From a virus (lineage: Duplodnaviria; Caudoviricetes), in the IMG/VR virus record IMGVR_UViG_2814123203_000002, positions 1-64,000 of that record: 64,000 nucleotides of DNA; one strand, given 5' to 3'. Under the pieces are notes generated by a model that was not told the DNA's origin, searched no databases, and saw only the letters and a program-made list of their open reading frames with translations. The translations under genes and the position numbers were made by a program. Positions 63,001-64,000 of the stretch are shown in pieces. Each line of letters opens with the position of its first letter. Position 1 is the first letter of the stretch.

Positions 63001-63127
63001 TTTCTCACTCCCTCAAAAATAGATAAAAGCCTGATTTTATATAAGTCCCTTCGTCGATCTCCCAATTGTCTAAGTATACAGAAGTCTCATAGGGGATATC
63101 TTTTGTCCATTTTTCATAGTGTATTTG

Positions 63128-63156
63128 TTGACATTAAAAGGATTTTTTTATATATT
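63128..63156 (+). promoter_or_regulatory. SigA-type promoter
   Basis: TTGACA-N17-TATATT. Confidence 0.65.
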
Positions 63157-63161
63157 GATAT

Positions 63162-63382
63162 CAACTGTAGTTGTAGTTTTGTAGCAAAAAGACGAAATGT
63201 GCCCCAACACATTTCGTCTCTCATACAATCAGTTGCTTTATGGAATTTATTTTTTTTGAAAACAGTCGCTTTATGATATCTCTGCTTGGTATTAAAGCGG
63301 CTGTTTTCGTTACTGCTATTTTTCCAAATTCCTTAATAACACATGGCGTATTTAAAATACCCTACCTGATGGTAGGGTATTT
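63162..63382 (+). ncRNA. Candidate structured small RNA ending in a CRISPR-repeat-like remnant and hairpin
   Basis: Promoter upstream, two long stem-loops, TAACACATGGCGTATTTAAAAT, then AAATACCCTACC/GGTAGGGTATTT. Confidence 0.45.
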
Positions 63383-63571
63383 GCTTACCATAGATGGTTT
63401 TATATCTCAAAAAATATGTGCGTTTTGTCAAGAAACTAAACATCAAACCTTGATGATTAGTGTGGGTACTGACATACCCTTATTGATCTACATAAAGAAT
63501 AGTTCCCCAATTGTAGGCCCATGATCAAATTCGCCTTTGAAGTCTTTGTTTTTTATTTCCATGATTCCCCC

Positions 63572-63925
63572 TTATAGAAACTCTAAATCCTCATTTCTAC
63601 TAGCGGCTAATTCCATACCTTGTGCTAGTAGAAGAGACCTTTCCTTGTCTTTGTCATGTTCAGGCCATCGGGAAACTAGTTCCCGTAGCCTTGGAGCTAC
63701 TTTTCTGCATTCTTCCGGGGTCAGAACTCCATCACAGTCGGAGTGATCCAACAATGGAACAATGTCATCTTTAACAGTATCCCATGATATTGGCTTCGCA
63801 TCAGGTGATGCGAAGCCTTTCATGACATGTAGGTTTACTCCAATCTGATTAGCGAGCTTCTTTCTGAAATGATTAAAGCTGCTATAAGACCATCTTACAT
63901 CTGCATGACTAAAATCCAAACCCAT
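63572..63925 (-). CDS. Hypothetical phage protein
   Basis: AGGAAGG RBS; LLDHSDCDG motif common in phage proteins. Confidence 0.65.
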   Translation of the reverse strand: MGLDFSHADVRWSYSSFNHFRKKLANQIGVNLHVMKGFASPDAKPISWDTVKDDIVPLLDHSDCDGVLTPEECRKVAPRLRELVSRWPEHDKDKERSLLLAQGMELAASRNEDLEFL

Positions 63926-64000
63926 TTTAATATCCTTCCTTTCTTAATTCATGTCGATATGCGCCGAGTTGTTGTAGGTAACGGTCTGCTAATGGTTTGT

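Larger units (their letters stand above)
10925..64000 (-). mobile_element. SPbeta-like large prophage, replication and early region (ends not visible)
   Basis: Order YopQ/YopR-like, YorF/G/H/I/J/K-like, nrdIEF, dUTPase, DnaE largely parallels SPbeta; near-uniform strand. Confidence 0.85.

Noticed and set aside
1-64000. tRNA or rRNA genes; in-window targets of the short spacers
   Set aside because: None recognised by eye; not an exhaustive search

Overview
Low-GC Bacillota DNA, most consistent with Paenibacillaceae (inferred from protein families only). Three blocks. (1) 1-7810: a head-to-tail circular bacteriocin cluster (64-aa precursor, DUF95/SpoIIM protein, Yip1-like protein, large membrane protein, 58-aa immunity-type peptide, ABC ATPase), next to two divergent RRNPP receptor/pro-peptide modules, one with a Spo0E-like gene. 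(2) ~7900-10920: a compact island with no cas genes that carries short CRISPR-repeat mimics of three different repeat families. Two have their own promoter and terminator. They lie beside small unknown proteins whose promoter sits inside a perfect 19-bp inverted repeat, facing a divergent HTH gene. This is the best candidate for a novel system: a multi-type RNA-plus-protein anti-CRISPR island. A related repeat remnant ends a structured RNA candidate at ~63.2-63.4 kb. (3) ~10.9-64 kb: the replication, nucleotide-metabolism and early region of a large SPbeta-like prophage, almost all on the minus strand (RuvC-like nuclease, RNase H, DnaE, two dUTPases, ligase, nrdIEF, RecJ, primase, helicase, adenine MTase, MrpR/YopR-like repressor, RtcB). 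It has several orphan antitoxin-like genes, a PIN toxin broken by an inversion, a serine-less ACP-like protein and many frameshifts. No att site or structural genes are visible. All protein calls come from motif recognition by eye; no database search was run.
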